From a virus (taxonomy: Duplodnaviria > Caudoviricetes), in IMG/VR virus record IMGVR_UViG_3300042318_000386, positions 1-26,984 of that record: a stretch of 26,984 nucleotides of DNA; one strand, 5' to 3'. A program made the position numbers and the translations under genes. A model generated the notes under the pieces. It was not told the DNA's origin. It ran no database searches and worked only from the letters and a program-made list of their open reading frames with translations. Within the stretch, counting starts at the first letter, position 1; every line of letters begins with the position of its first letter. This document shows, in pieces, positions 1-8,512 of the stretch.

Positions 1-3000
1 CACCCCAATGACCTAATACAGATAAATCAGCAGCTAATCTTGATGATTGATTCATTCTAAAATTAGCCATATTTAAAAATAGTTTAGCAAGTATCTTTCT
101 ATCAGACCCACTTTTGCTAAACCAAGACCCTGATAATGCACTGTCAGGAGTATTTTGTTGTCTTGATACCATCGTCTCTGCATAGTCTCCTGCCTGCTCA
201 TTTAATTTATGTTTACTATAATCTAAATTTTTAGTATCAATTCCTTGTTTTTTTAGTTCTTGTTCATAATAAGTTTGCCAAGAAGCTCTTGCAATAAACA
301 CATCAGGTTTAACCAAGAATGTTTTTAACCACCACTTATTAGCATTCTCAATTGCTTTCAAAAGTTCTACTTTATTTGATGCAGTCTCAATCTTTTTGTT
401 TAAAGAACTAATCTCTGCTTGAGATTCAATTCCCCTATTTGCACTAGCATATCCGGTATTGTAGAAAAAATTATTGAAGTCAGGATTGAATGCAGCTCCT
501 AATTTTAGTAATGATGATGCATTTACCATAGTATTTACTCCAATTGGAATAGTTTGTTTAATTGCCTGTGTTGGAGAACCTAACGCCATACCTACCCCTA
601 AAGTTGCTAGTTTATCAAGAAATTTCATCATTCCATCTAAATCTTCACTACCATTGTATTCTGCATTTCTAATATTAGATACATATAAAGCAAATCTTCT
701 TTTTAATAAATCCCTATCTTCTGCATTTGGCATTAATTTATCAAAATATTTTGAATTTTTAAATGCATCTAATTGTCTAATAGCAGCACCTGTATGCATA
801 TCAACTAATACATCCCGTAATGAGTTAACATTATTTTTATCAAAAGAGTAATCACGATACATACCTTTTGGTAATTTATCAGGATGTTCTGCTTTCATCA
901 ATCCACCTGCTTCTTTTTTAATTAAAAATTCTCCATCCCTTCCATACATAGGTTGGTCATCTGTTAAAAGTTTATTTTTTTCTTTACTTAATTTAACATA
1001 CCTATCAGGAGAAGAATAATTTAAGTTTTTTTCTAATAATGTATTTCTAACATTTAACATATAGTCAGATATTTCAGGGAAAATATCATCATAGGTTTTT
1101 ATCCAAAGATTAATAGCCTCTAGATTTGTTTTGTCTAACTTTTTTTCTATATCGTTTATATTTTTAGAACCTTTAACTATATTGTCATATACCTTTTGGT
1201 ATATTTTACCTTTCTGCTGTTGCTCATCTGTACCTGTTGAAAGTTCTTCAATGGATTGTTCTAATATTGACTTTCTTCTGTTAAATTCTTTTTGCATTTC
1301 AGACTCAGTGCCAATAACACTTCTCATTAAATCTGAAGCTATACCTCTTTCTGCATCATTGTATGCGGTGTTAAACTTTTCACCATTAGGTTTTGTTTTA
1401 AATAATTTGTCAATATATTCTTTAGTTATATTTTGAATCCTTGTATTTGCAAATGCATTACCATTAACTATTTTGTTGAATCCTGATTTAGTTGCTATGT
1501 AAAGACCTTCTCTAACTCCTTTGAATATTTTAGTAAATACTTCAGGTAAAGGAGTGCCTCCTTCTGTTAAAACTCTTGCTAATGGTTTACTCCATAATTT
1601 ACGTAAAGCAATACCTACTTTGCCTTGTTTTACAAGTGTTTTTATGTTTAACCTTCCTGTGTAATCAGCAAAAACTCCTTCCATTTTAGCTGTTGAATGG
1701 TTTTGTAAAAAAATAGTTAAAGCATCTACTGCTGCAACTGATTCTTTAGCATCTAATAAATCTAAATCCATATCAGCAAAATTGTTTACTAATTCTTTTT
1801 GTTTTTTAGTAAAATCAACTTTTTCTCCCGTAAATGCATCCACCCCTGTTCTAATTGTATTTTTTACAATAGAAGAGTATATTTTAAATGCATTTTTAGC
1901 TTTTTCTTTTATAGACTTTTCATTATTTACTTTAACTTTTTCATCAACATTTAACAAGTCTAACATTTCTTCAGCACTAAATTTAGATGCGTCTACCCCC
2001 ATAAGGTCTTCTATCTCATCAATTCTTTCTTCTTTAATTTTTTTATTTTGAGCATCTATTTTTTCTTTAATATAATTAGATACATCTTTTATATTTACAA
2101 TTTCTGCAAAGTTTATTTCTCCTTTTCTAGTGGTAGATCCTTTTATTGACTCTTTAATTTGAGCAGCAATTTCATTGTACTTTTCTATATCATCTACCAT
2201 TGATGGATCAATCTCAGAAAATTGTCTACCTAACTCTCTTAAATCAGCATTTTTATCTTTATTTCTTGAAAGTTCAGATATGCTTTGTTTTAATTTTTTA
2301 GCTGTAGCTAATTTAGCTATGTAGTCTGCATTTTCAAAAACCTTAGTCATATAATCAGTAAATGAATTGATTGACTTTTGACTAAGCACATTTACTTTAC
2401 TAAACTTGCGAACAACATTTGCTGCTTGGTTGGTATTTAATTTTCCTTGCTTACGCAATTCTTTTACTTCTTTACTTAATTGTTGAGCTGCTGAATAAAT
2501 AGCTTTCTTAGCATCTTTACCTCCTCTTGCCAAATCCTTTATTTGTTTTACAAGACCTTGCTTTTCAGTCATTGTTATTTTGGCAACATCTTTAATGTTT
2601 CCAAGAATCTTTCCTGCTGATGGAGCTGCTACCTCTTTTAATCCAAACATTCTATTTACCTCACGGAATACTTTCTCACGCTGTACATCAGTGGCTTTTT
2701 CATATACTGATGACTTTGCAACATAGTCCATCACATTCTCTTTCACCTTTTCATTAGGTACTCCACGATCCTTTGATTTTTTTACTATACCATCTACCTC
2801 TTGAATCATTCTATCATATCCCGGCAATTCAGTTTCAGAAATAATTGGCTCTATTTTTAAAGAAGCTTCTTTAGCAACAGGAGTTTTTACACCTTCTAAA
2901 GTAGATAATTCTGCATCATTAAAAAGCACTTCTGCATCATAACTTTCTCCTGTCTCTAATTGAATCAAAACTTTTCCTGCAGTTACACCATCTGAATTTC

Positions 3001-5773
3001 TACCTCTAATTTCAAGCAATCTTACTTGTTTAATGTCTGTAGGTTTTTCATCTGCAAAAGATTCATCTTTAATAGCAGACGCTGATATAATAGGTGCAGG
3101 ATTTTCTCCCACCTTATTTAACGTATACTTTTTAGGAACAAAATTGCCTTGTTCATCTTTTTCAATAGTAATGTTTGGAGAAATATCTTTTACTTTTTCT
3201 TTACCCTGTTCAGGAGTGATGACTTCTTCGGTCCCTGTGGTAGTGACTTCAGGTTGGACGTTTCCTTCGCCCATTTCTTGCAATCCCATTTTGGATTGTT
3301 CGCTGAGTAACACGCTTTCATTTGTTGCTTGTTTTTGAATGGCATCTTCGCTTATTTTAGTTAGTGACTCATTAATTTCATTTATTCTATTTTTTTGCGG
3401 TTTAACTAAAGCATCATCTTTTCCAATTATTTGATTTTCTAAATCTCTTTTTTCTTTTAAGAGATTCATAGATTCTTTTTTTGCTTCAGTATCTAATCCT
3501 TCCGGCATAGATTTAAATAAACCAACTGAATTCCTATAGTTATTTAATGTTTCTTTTGCCTGTTCTATAGTAATATCTCCATTATTATATTCGTTTTTAA
3601 GTTTTGTTACAAATGCTTTTTGAATATTCTCATCATTTGCTGCAGCTTCAAAAATTTTAAATGTAGCATCGTCCATTGCTAAAAATCCCTTTTTAGTATA
3701 TGCAGAACTAATAGCAGTTGGCATACCCATAATAAATCCACCAACTGCTTCTTGTGTTCCTGCTTTAACTACTTCTTTTACCCACTCAGCAGTAAATGTT
3801 TCAGGATTATTAAACATTTTAGTTCCTTTAGCTGCATTGTAAATATCTTTTATACCATATTCAGCTATTTGTTGAGCAGCACCTGTCTCAGCCTCTGCAA
3901 GTCCTGCTGCTGTCAATGTAAGAACTCCTTTTGCAATCATACTTTCAACTTCATTCTGAACAAGTTCTTTAAATGTAGTAGCAGTAGTTGTAGCACCTGA
4001 TTTACCAAGTGCTTTTAAAACTAAATTATTCAATAATCCTTTACTTCCTATTGCATTTCTAAAACCAAATTCTTCAAGAACAGCACCTGCTATTCCAATT
4101 GGTAAAATAATAGCAGCCTTTTCATTTTCTGAAATATCTTTAAAATTAGGATTTGATGACATCTCTTGTTCAAGTCCATCACTAATTTGAGAATAAAATG
4201 ATGCAGTTGTTAATGCCCTTCCTCCCAATCCCCCTGCCATTGAAGGAAGTATTGCAGGTAATGATTTTATAAGACCTGCATAAGCTCCTCCCCAAAATCC
4301 TTGTTCTTTTAAACGAGTCCATTCAACAGTTGTTTTTGAATCTCCTAAAACAACTCTGTTACCTTCTCTTATAGTAGGAAGTATATCAGCTTTTACTTGT
4401 TTTTTGCTTAAATCTATTATTTTAGAATCTATTTCATCTTTTTCTGATTGACTTAAAGAATTTAACCATTTCTCATAAGATTGTCCTTCAGTTGGTTGTT
4501 TTATTTTTAGTTCTTTTGAAATACGTAAAGATTCTGACTTTTGTTGTTCGGGAGTCATTAACATATCTGTTGGTAAAAATCCAAGAGTTAAGTCTATAAA
4601 TGAATTAGCTGCACCTGCAGATATATTTGATGCTCCTTCTAATAAAAAATTTAAAGTACCCCCTAACCAAGTACCTTGTTCTGACTTCATATCAGCATAT
4701 TTGCCAACAGCTTTATTTAATTCTTCTTTTGATTTTGGTAACCTGTCTACCTTTTCAGATATAGAAGTTTGTTTGGACTGTATGTCCAACTTCCTTTGTG
4801 TAGCAGACGTTAATTTGTCTAAGTATTCTTGTGTTCCCTTTTGACTTTGTGGAGTATTTTCTAAGTCTTTTAATTCTTTGTCTACATTATTTTTTTCTGC
4901 AATAAAAGACTTTATTTCTAAATTAAGATTTTCTTCACTTAAATTTATTTTCTTTATTTCGTCATCAATTTCTTTTTGATTTAAGAACTTTTTATTTTCA
5001 TTTTGATATTGCTTTTCAATTAAATCTAGACCACTTAATTGAGCAGTATTTTGTTTAATAAAGTTTTTAAGTCGTTTTGATTCGTCTACTGCCTTAGATG
5101 ACATAAATGGGTCCAAGGATATCTCTATACTTTTACCATTAGGAGCAGTAGCCTTCATCCAATCTCCTGTAGCACCTGACTCTTCAAACTTAAATCCTAG
5201 ATCACCAAATTGGTAGTTCATTTGAGGTACTACGTACTCTTCATTTGAGTTTATTAATTCAGGTGTAACTGATTCAATAGACCCCTTTATTTTAGTTGGT
5301 ATCTCCTGCTCTTTTAATTTGGTTTCTCCAAAAACCTTTTTTTGTTCAAATTTTGGAATACCTATGTTAGATATATCACTTGTAACAGGAGGAGCGTATG
5401 GTTTTTTAAAAAAACTATTGTCAGTCCCTGAAGATGGCAACTCCGAAGAAGTATCTTCCAAAGGAGACTCCGTAAAGGGTTGAACTCCGGGTATTCCGCT
5501 TGGTGCTTGCTGTGGAGCCATTGGAAATATTGGCTCTTCTTTTTTTTTTAAAGGAGATTCTTGCCCACTAACTCCAAATTCAGGAAACTTAGCAAACAAT
5601 TCATCTTCTGTTTTATATTTTCCACTATTAGAAGTGGCTACAAAATCTTTTAATACATTAATATCATATCCTTTTAACTCAGGAAATTTAGATAATAAGG
5701 TAGCTTCATCGGGATATTTTCCGCTATTAGAAGTAGCTACAAAATCTTTTAACGCTTGTTTTAAATCCGGCAT
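1..5773 (-). CDS. Giant internal virion / DNA ejection-type protein, at least 1924 aa, 3'-truncated by the window edge (absent from the ORF track)
   Basis: ATG at 5773-5771 after an A/T-rich leader. I read every codon down to position 2 and found no stop (MPDLKQALKDFVATSNSGKY...QSSRLAADLSVLGHWG>). It has Gly/Ala-rich hydrophobic segments (EQGFWGGAYAGLIKSLPAILPSMAGGLGG; AAIILPIGIAGAVLEEFGF; QEAVGGFIMGMPTAISSA) among charged helical regions. Its position after the nozzle, GNAT-like and two smaller internal proteins matches the T7 gp14-16 / P22 gp7-20-16 layout. The ORF is certain; the function is inferred. Confidence 0.85.
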   Translation of the reverse strand, partial: MPDLKQALKDFVATSNSGKYPDEATLLSKFPELKGYDINVLKDFVATSNSGKYKTEDELFAKFPEFGVSGQESPLKKKEEPIFPMAPQQAPSGIPGVQPFTESPLEDTSSELPSSGTDNSFFKKPYAPPVTSDISNIGIPKFEQKKVFGETKLKEQEIPTKIKGSIESVTPELINSNEEYVVPQMNYQFGDLGFKFEESGATGDWMKATAPNGKSIEISLDPFMSSKAVDESKRLKNFIKQNTAQLSGLDLIEKQYQNENKKFLNQKEIDDEIKKINLSEENLNLEIKSFIAEKNNVDKELKDLENTPQSQKGTQEYLDKLTSATQRKLDIQSKQTSISEKVDRLPKSKEELNKAVGKYADMKSEQGTWLGGTLNFLLEGASNISAGAANSFIDLTLGFLPTDMLMTPEQQKSESLRISKELKIKQPTEGQSYEKWLNSLSQSEKDEIDSKIIDLSKKQVKADILPTIREGNRVVLGDSKTTVEWTRLKEQGFWGGAYAGLIKSLPAILPSMAGGLGGRALTTASFYSQISDGLEQEMSSNPNFKDISENEKAAIILPIGIAGAVLEEFGFRNAIGSKGLLNNLVLKALGKSGATTTATTFKELVQNEVESMIAKGVLTLTAAGLAEAETGAAQQIAEYGIKDIYNAAKGTKMFNNPETFTAEWVKEVVKAGTQEAVGGFIMGMPTAISSAYTKKGFLAMDDATFKIFEAAANDENIQKAFVTKLKNEYNNGDITIEQAKETLNNYRNSVGLFKSMPEGLDTEAKKESMNLLKEKRDLENQIIGKDDALVKPQKNRINEINESLTKISEDAIQKQATNESVLLSEQSKMGLQEMGEGNVQPEVTTTGTEEVITPEQGKEKVKDISPNITIEKDEQGNFVPKKYTLNKVGENPAPIISASAIKDESFADEKPTDIKQVRLLEIRGRNSDGVTAGKVLIQLETGESYDAEVLFNDAELSTLEGVKTPVAKEASLKIEPIISETELPGYDRMIQEVDGIVKKSKDRGVPNEKVKENVMDYVAKSSVYEKATDVQREKVFREVNRMFGLKEVAAPSAGKILGNIKDVAKITMTEKQGLVKQIKDLARGGKDAKKAIYSAAQQLSKEVKELRKQGKLNTNQAANVVRKFSKVNVLSQKSINSFTDYMTKVFENADYIAKLATAKKLKQSISELSRNKDKNADLRELGRQFSEIDPSMVDDIEKYNEIAAQIKESIKGSTTRKGEINFAEIVNIKDVSNYIKEKIDAQNKKIKEERIDEIEDLMGVDASKFSAEEMLDLLNVDEKVKVNNEKSIKEKAKNAFKIYSSIVKNTIRTGVDAFTGEKVDFTKKQKELVNNFADMDLDLLDAKESVAAVDALTIFLQNHSTAKMEGVFADYTGRLNIKTLVKQGKVGIALRKLWSKPLARVLTEGGTPLPEVFTKIFKGVREGLYIATKSGFNKIVNGNAFANTRIQNITKEYIDKLFKTKPNGEKFNTAYNDAERGIASDLMRSVIGTESEMQKEFNRRKSILEQSIEELSTGTDEQQQKGKIYQKVYDNIVKGSKNINDIEKKLDKTNLEAINLWIKTYDDIFPEISDYMLNVRNTLLEKNLNYSSPDRYVKLSKEKNKLLTDDQPMYGRDGEFLIKKEAGGLMKAEHPDKLPKGMYRDYSFDKNNVNSLRDVLVDMHTGAAIRQLDAFKNSKYFDKLMPNAEDRDLLKRRFALYVSNIRNAEYNGSEDLDGMMKFLDKLATLGVGMALGSPTQAIKQTIPIGVNTMVNASSLLKLGAAFNPDFNNFFYNTGYASANRGIESQAEISSLNKKIETASNKVELLKAIENANKWWLKTFLVKPDVFIARASWQTYYEQELKKQGIDTKNLDYSKHKLNEQAGDYAETMVSRQQNTPDSALSGSWFSKSGSDRKILAKLFLNMANFRMNQSSRLAADLSVLGHWG
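3190..3345 (-). CDS. Candidate nested small basic protein (51 aa) in the +1 frame of the giant gene
   Basis: ATG 3345-3343 to TAA 3192-3190: MPFKNKQQMKACYSANNPKWDCKKWAKETSNLKSLPQGPKKSSLLNRVKKK. A-rich leader (AACTAAAATAAGCGAAG-ATG), a local GC rise, and atypical C-ending codons in the host frame. Confidence 0.6.
   Translation of the reverse strand: MPFKNKQQMKACYSANNPKWDCKKWAKETSNLKSLPQGPKKSSLLNRVKKK
5421..5552 (-). other. Candidate programmed -1 frameshift cassette (slippery site, hairpin, alternative-frame tail)
   Basis: CCT TTA AAA AAA AAA GAA contains in-phase X_XXY_YYZ heptamers (T_TTA_AAA, A_AAA_AAA) at 5552-5540. A hairpin GAGCCA-N10-TGGCTC follows at 5536-5515. The -1 frame stays open to TGA at 5423-5421. 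Confidence 0.5.
5615..5752 (-). repeat. Direct repeat of 39 nt x2 (37/39 identical, 99-nt period), part of a 33-aa tandem repeat at the N-terminus of the giant protein
   Basis: Copies at 5615-5653 and 5714-5752. Protein: LKDFVATSNSGKYPDEATLLSKFPEL / LKDFVATSNSGKYKTEDELFAKFPEF. Confidence 0.95.
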
Positions 5774-5794
5774 AATTAATTATTTTATTTTGTT

Positions 5795-7675
5795 CTACCT
5801 AGTCTTACCACCTTTTATAGTTCCTGTTCCTGCTTTTTTTGTTGCTGCTTCTTCATCTGCTTTCTCTTCTGCTGTTTGAAATAATTTTGATGCTTTTATT
5901 ACATTATTATCTCTATTCTTTTTAATAAAATCTGCAATTTTATTTGTATTTTTTAAATCATCAATATTTATCCATTCACTCATTGTACCATTAGGTGCTT
6001 TAATTTGTATAACATCATCTCGAGTTATTCCACGAGTTTCTCCTTCAAATGTATAACCTAATTTACCAAAAGATTGTTTTAACTTTTTAACTGTTTCCAC
6101 CGGGTTATCTTCTACAATTGATGTTGAAATTGCTTCATTTGCATAATTGCCTAAATCAGTTCCATAATCTCTTTCTACAATCGCTTTTGTTGAGCTTTTT
6201 GCTGAATACCCTGTTGGTCCTTTCCCTTTTTTCAACTTATCATCCATAGCTTTTACAACTGCTTCTTCAGGCAACTTATCTATATTTAATAATTTAGCAA
6301 TTGCTATACCTACATTATGAGCATTTTTAAATCCTCCATTTTTATCTAATTCAAATTTTCTATTTATTAAATTACCTTCTTTATCAGTAACAGTAAGATC
6401 AAAAGTAAATTCATCTTTTATTGCATTTACTCCCTCAAAAGTATTGAAATAATCAGCAGAAGCTTGAGTTTCTTCTGCATTTTGTCCTGAAACAAAATCA
6501 GCTACTTTTTGTCCAAAAATTAAAGCATCATCTTTTGCTTGTTCAAATCCAATTTCTGCTGCTGTTTTTGCTCTAGGTTCATTTCTATCTAATTGAGCTG
6601 TAGTTTTAATATCTTCTTTGTAATCATATCTACGCCTAAATTCATTACGCATAAAATTATCAGAATCTTTTATTTGTACATCTGAAAAAACAGGTTTTGG
6701 TTTGCCTGAATTTTCGTCTACTTTTATTAATATTTTCTCAGGATTATTTTTTGCATCTGTTTCATCTTCTGTAAATGTATATTGTTTATTATTTTTACTA
6801 CAAAATTTTACACTATTTGTAATAGCAGACATTCTATTAATATCATTGGCATAAACTGATTTTATTCCTTGATTTTCTGCATCTATAAATTTAAAGAGAA
6901 CTTCTTTAGTATCAGGATCAATATCTGTTCTACTTGTGATATCAGCAATACTTGTTATTTGACCCGTTTTGCTTAGTGTAGCAACCTGAGTTGTTGTTGC
7001 TTTTAATTCATCCCCCAATTGTCCAACAAAAGCATTTGCTGCTGAGTTAGTATCGAATTTATCATAAAATCCTTGAATCCAATTTTTTACAGTATTTACA
7101 GTAGCAAATGTGTTAGGATTCTTGTCCATTACATAAACATCTTTACCATCAATATTTTTCAATGTTTTCATTGCTATACTAACAGTACCATCAGTAGGGT
7201 TAATCCTCAAATCAGATTTATTAAAATTAGCCATCATTTCAGATTTTCCCATTAACCATTGTTCAAAATCTTGTGACTTATCAGTTCTATATCTTTCCAT
7301 TTTATCGCCGTACACTTTCTGATAGTCTTTCATAAGAGAAAATGCTACATCAGTACCATCAGTTAAATTTTGTCTTGAAATGGTGTAATCTTTAACTTTC
7401 ATTTGACCTGACTTCAAAAGTTGGTCTTGCATTTTTAAAAATTGAGATGCATTATCGCCAAAACGCAATGTCCACTCATTAGCTCCTGTATGTTCTCCTT
7501 GTGGTGGTTGAGCTAATACTAAACCAAATTCTCTTGATGCAGCATCAATTGCAGCTTTTTTTTCTTCTCTAATTTTTACCTCATCTTTGAGCATATCGCT
7601 CATATCCTTACCAACCTCTGCCCAATTTATTTGAGAATCAGCATTTCTTTCTGCGTATTTATAATATGTTCCCAT
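5795..7675 (-). CDS. Putative internal virion (ejection/cargo) protein, 626 aa
   Basis: Long ORF of charged, helical composition, lying between the small ejection-like protein and the giant protein (T7 gp15-like position). Its C-terminal domain resembles a domain of the giant protein. Confidence 0.7.
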   Translation of the reverse strand: MGTYYKYAERNADSQINWAEVGKDMSDMLKDEVKIREEKKAAIDAASREFGLVLAQPPQGEHTGANEWTLRFGDNASQFLKMQDQLLKSGQMKVKDYTISRQNLTDGTDVAFSLMKDYQKVYGDKMERYRTDKSQDFEQWLMGKSEMMANFNKSDLRINPTDGTVSIAMKTLKNIDGKDVYVMDKNPNTFATVNTVKNWIQGFYDKFDTNSAANAFVGQLGDELKATTTQVATLSKTGQITSIADITSRTDIDPDTKEVLFKFIDAENQGIKSVYANDINRMSAITNSVKFCSKNNKQYTFTEDETDAKNNPEKILIKVDENSGKPKPVFSDVQIKDSDNFMRNEFRRRYDYKEDIKTTAQLDRNEPRAKTAAEIGFEQAKDDALIFGQKVADFVSGQNAEETQASADYFNTFEGVNAIKDEFTFDLTVTDKEGNLINRKFELDKNGGFKNAHNVGIAIAKLLNIDKLPEEAVVKAMDDKLKKGKGPTGYSAKSSTKAIVERDYGTDLGNYANEAISTSIVEDNPVETVKKLKQSFGKLGYTFEGETRGITRDDVIQIKAPNGTMSEWINIDDLKNTNKIADFIKKNRDNNVIKASKLFQTAEEKADEEAATKKAGTGTIKGGKTR

Positions 7676-7689
7676 TGATTATTTTTTAA

Positions 7690-8511
7690 TTACCTTGAAA
7701 ATCCTGCTTGTCTCATTCTTCTTAAATTCCTAACATCTTGTTGAGTCATATAACTTCTAAATGGATCATTCTCCATAGCTCCAACTCCTGATACATTAAA
7801 CCCATAATCAACTCCTGTTCCACCTCCCATTGACTGAACAGCTTGTTGGAATGGCATAGCTACTCCATTTTGCATATATCTAGGGTCTAGTCTATTGTTT
7901 CGAGCAGCAGAAGCATAGTCTGATTGCAATTTTCCAAACTCTTTTGCTGATTGTGATTTCTCATAAAGTGGAGCATATTGAGTTAATTGTTGCCCCAAAC
8001 TTGTAACACCTTGCATCCCCTGTTGCATTGCTTGAGCACCCAATTCTTGAGCATTTGCTGCTGCTAATTGAGCACCTGCAACCTCCTCTAAGTCTAATTG
8101 AGTTCCTACATCACGAAGTCTACTATCTTCTTGAGCACTTAATTTCTCAAGATTGCTTAACTCTTGACCCATTGCAGACCTTATTCCTCCTTGTCCTTCA
8201 TTCATAGCCATTTGTACACGACCTGCAGTTGCTGCTGCACCTCTTTCACTTTCTACACCTGCTTGAATAGCTTGAGCACCTTGAGAAAGAAGAGCCTCTC
8301 TTTCTAATTCATATGGTTCTTTTTGTATAGATAACTTGTCATAATAATTTATCTCAAGTTTTTTTCTTGCTTCTTGCATAGCTTGATCTGCATCTCTTTC
8401 AGCTTGACGTTGTGCTCTTTTTTGATTACCTGCTTGCACAAATGACATAGTAGTAGAAGCTGCAGTTGTTGCTAACCCTATTCCTGCTGCAATGGTTGTA
8501 AATGCTGCCAT
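7690..8511 (-). CDS. Putative internal virion / ejection protein, 273 aa (T7 gp14 / P22 gp7-like position)
   Basis: Hydrophobic Ala/Gly/Thr N-terminus (MAAFTTIAAGIGLATTAASTTMSF) followed by an Ala/Gln-rich coiled coil; directly downstream of the GNAT-like gene. Confidence 0.7.
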   Translation of the reverse strand: MAAFTTIAAGIGLATTAASTTMSFVQAGNQKRAQRQAERDADQAMQEARKKLEINYYDKLSIQKEPYELEREALLSQGAQAIQAGVESERGAAATAGRVQMAMNEGQGGIRSAMGQELSNLEKLSAQEDSRLRDVGTQLDLEEVAGAQLAAANAQELGAQAMQQGMQGVTSLGQQLTQYAPLYEKSQSAKEFGKLQSDYASAARNNRLDPRYMQNGVAMPFQQAVQSMGGGTGVDYGFNVSGVGAMENDPFRSYMTQQDVRNLRRMRQAGFSR

Positions 8512-8512
8512 A

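Noticed and set aside
5402-5415. Second slippery-looking run, AGT TTT TTT AAA AAA
   Set aside because: No clear downstream structure was seen, and such runs are common at this AT content.
1-5773. Virion RNA polymerase within the giant protein, as in crAss-like phages
   Set aside because: I saw no DxDxD-type catalytic motif in the visible 1924 aa; the C-terminus lies outside the window, so this is unsupported rather than excluded.
474-5879. Short + strand ORFs (474, 1131, 1782, 3033, 3752, 5634)
   Set aside because: Antisense shadows of the giant minus-strand gene; Phe/Ser/Leu-rich composition expected from reverse-complemented Lys/Glu codons, with no expression signals.
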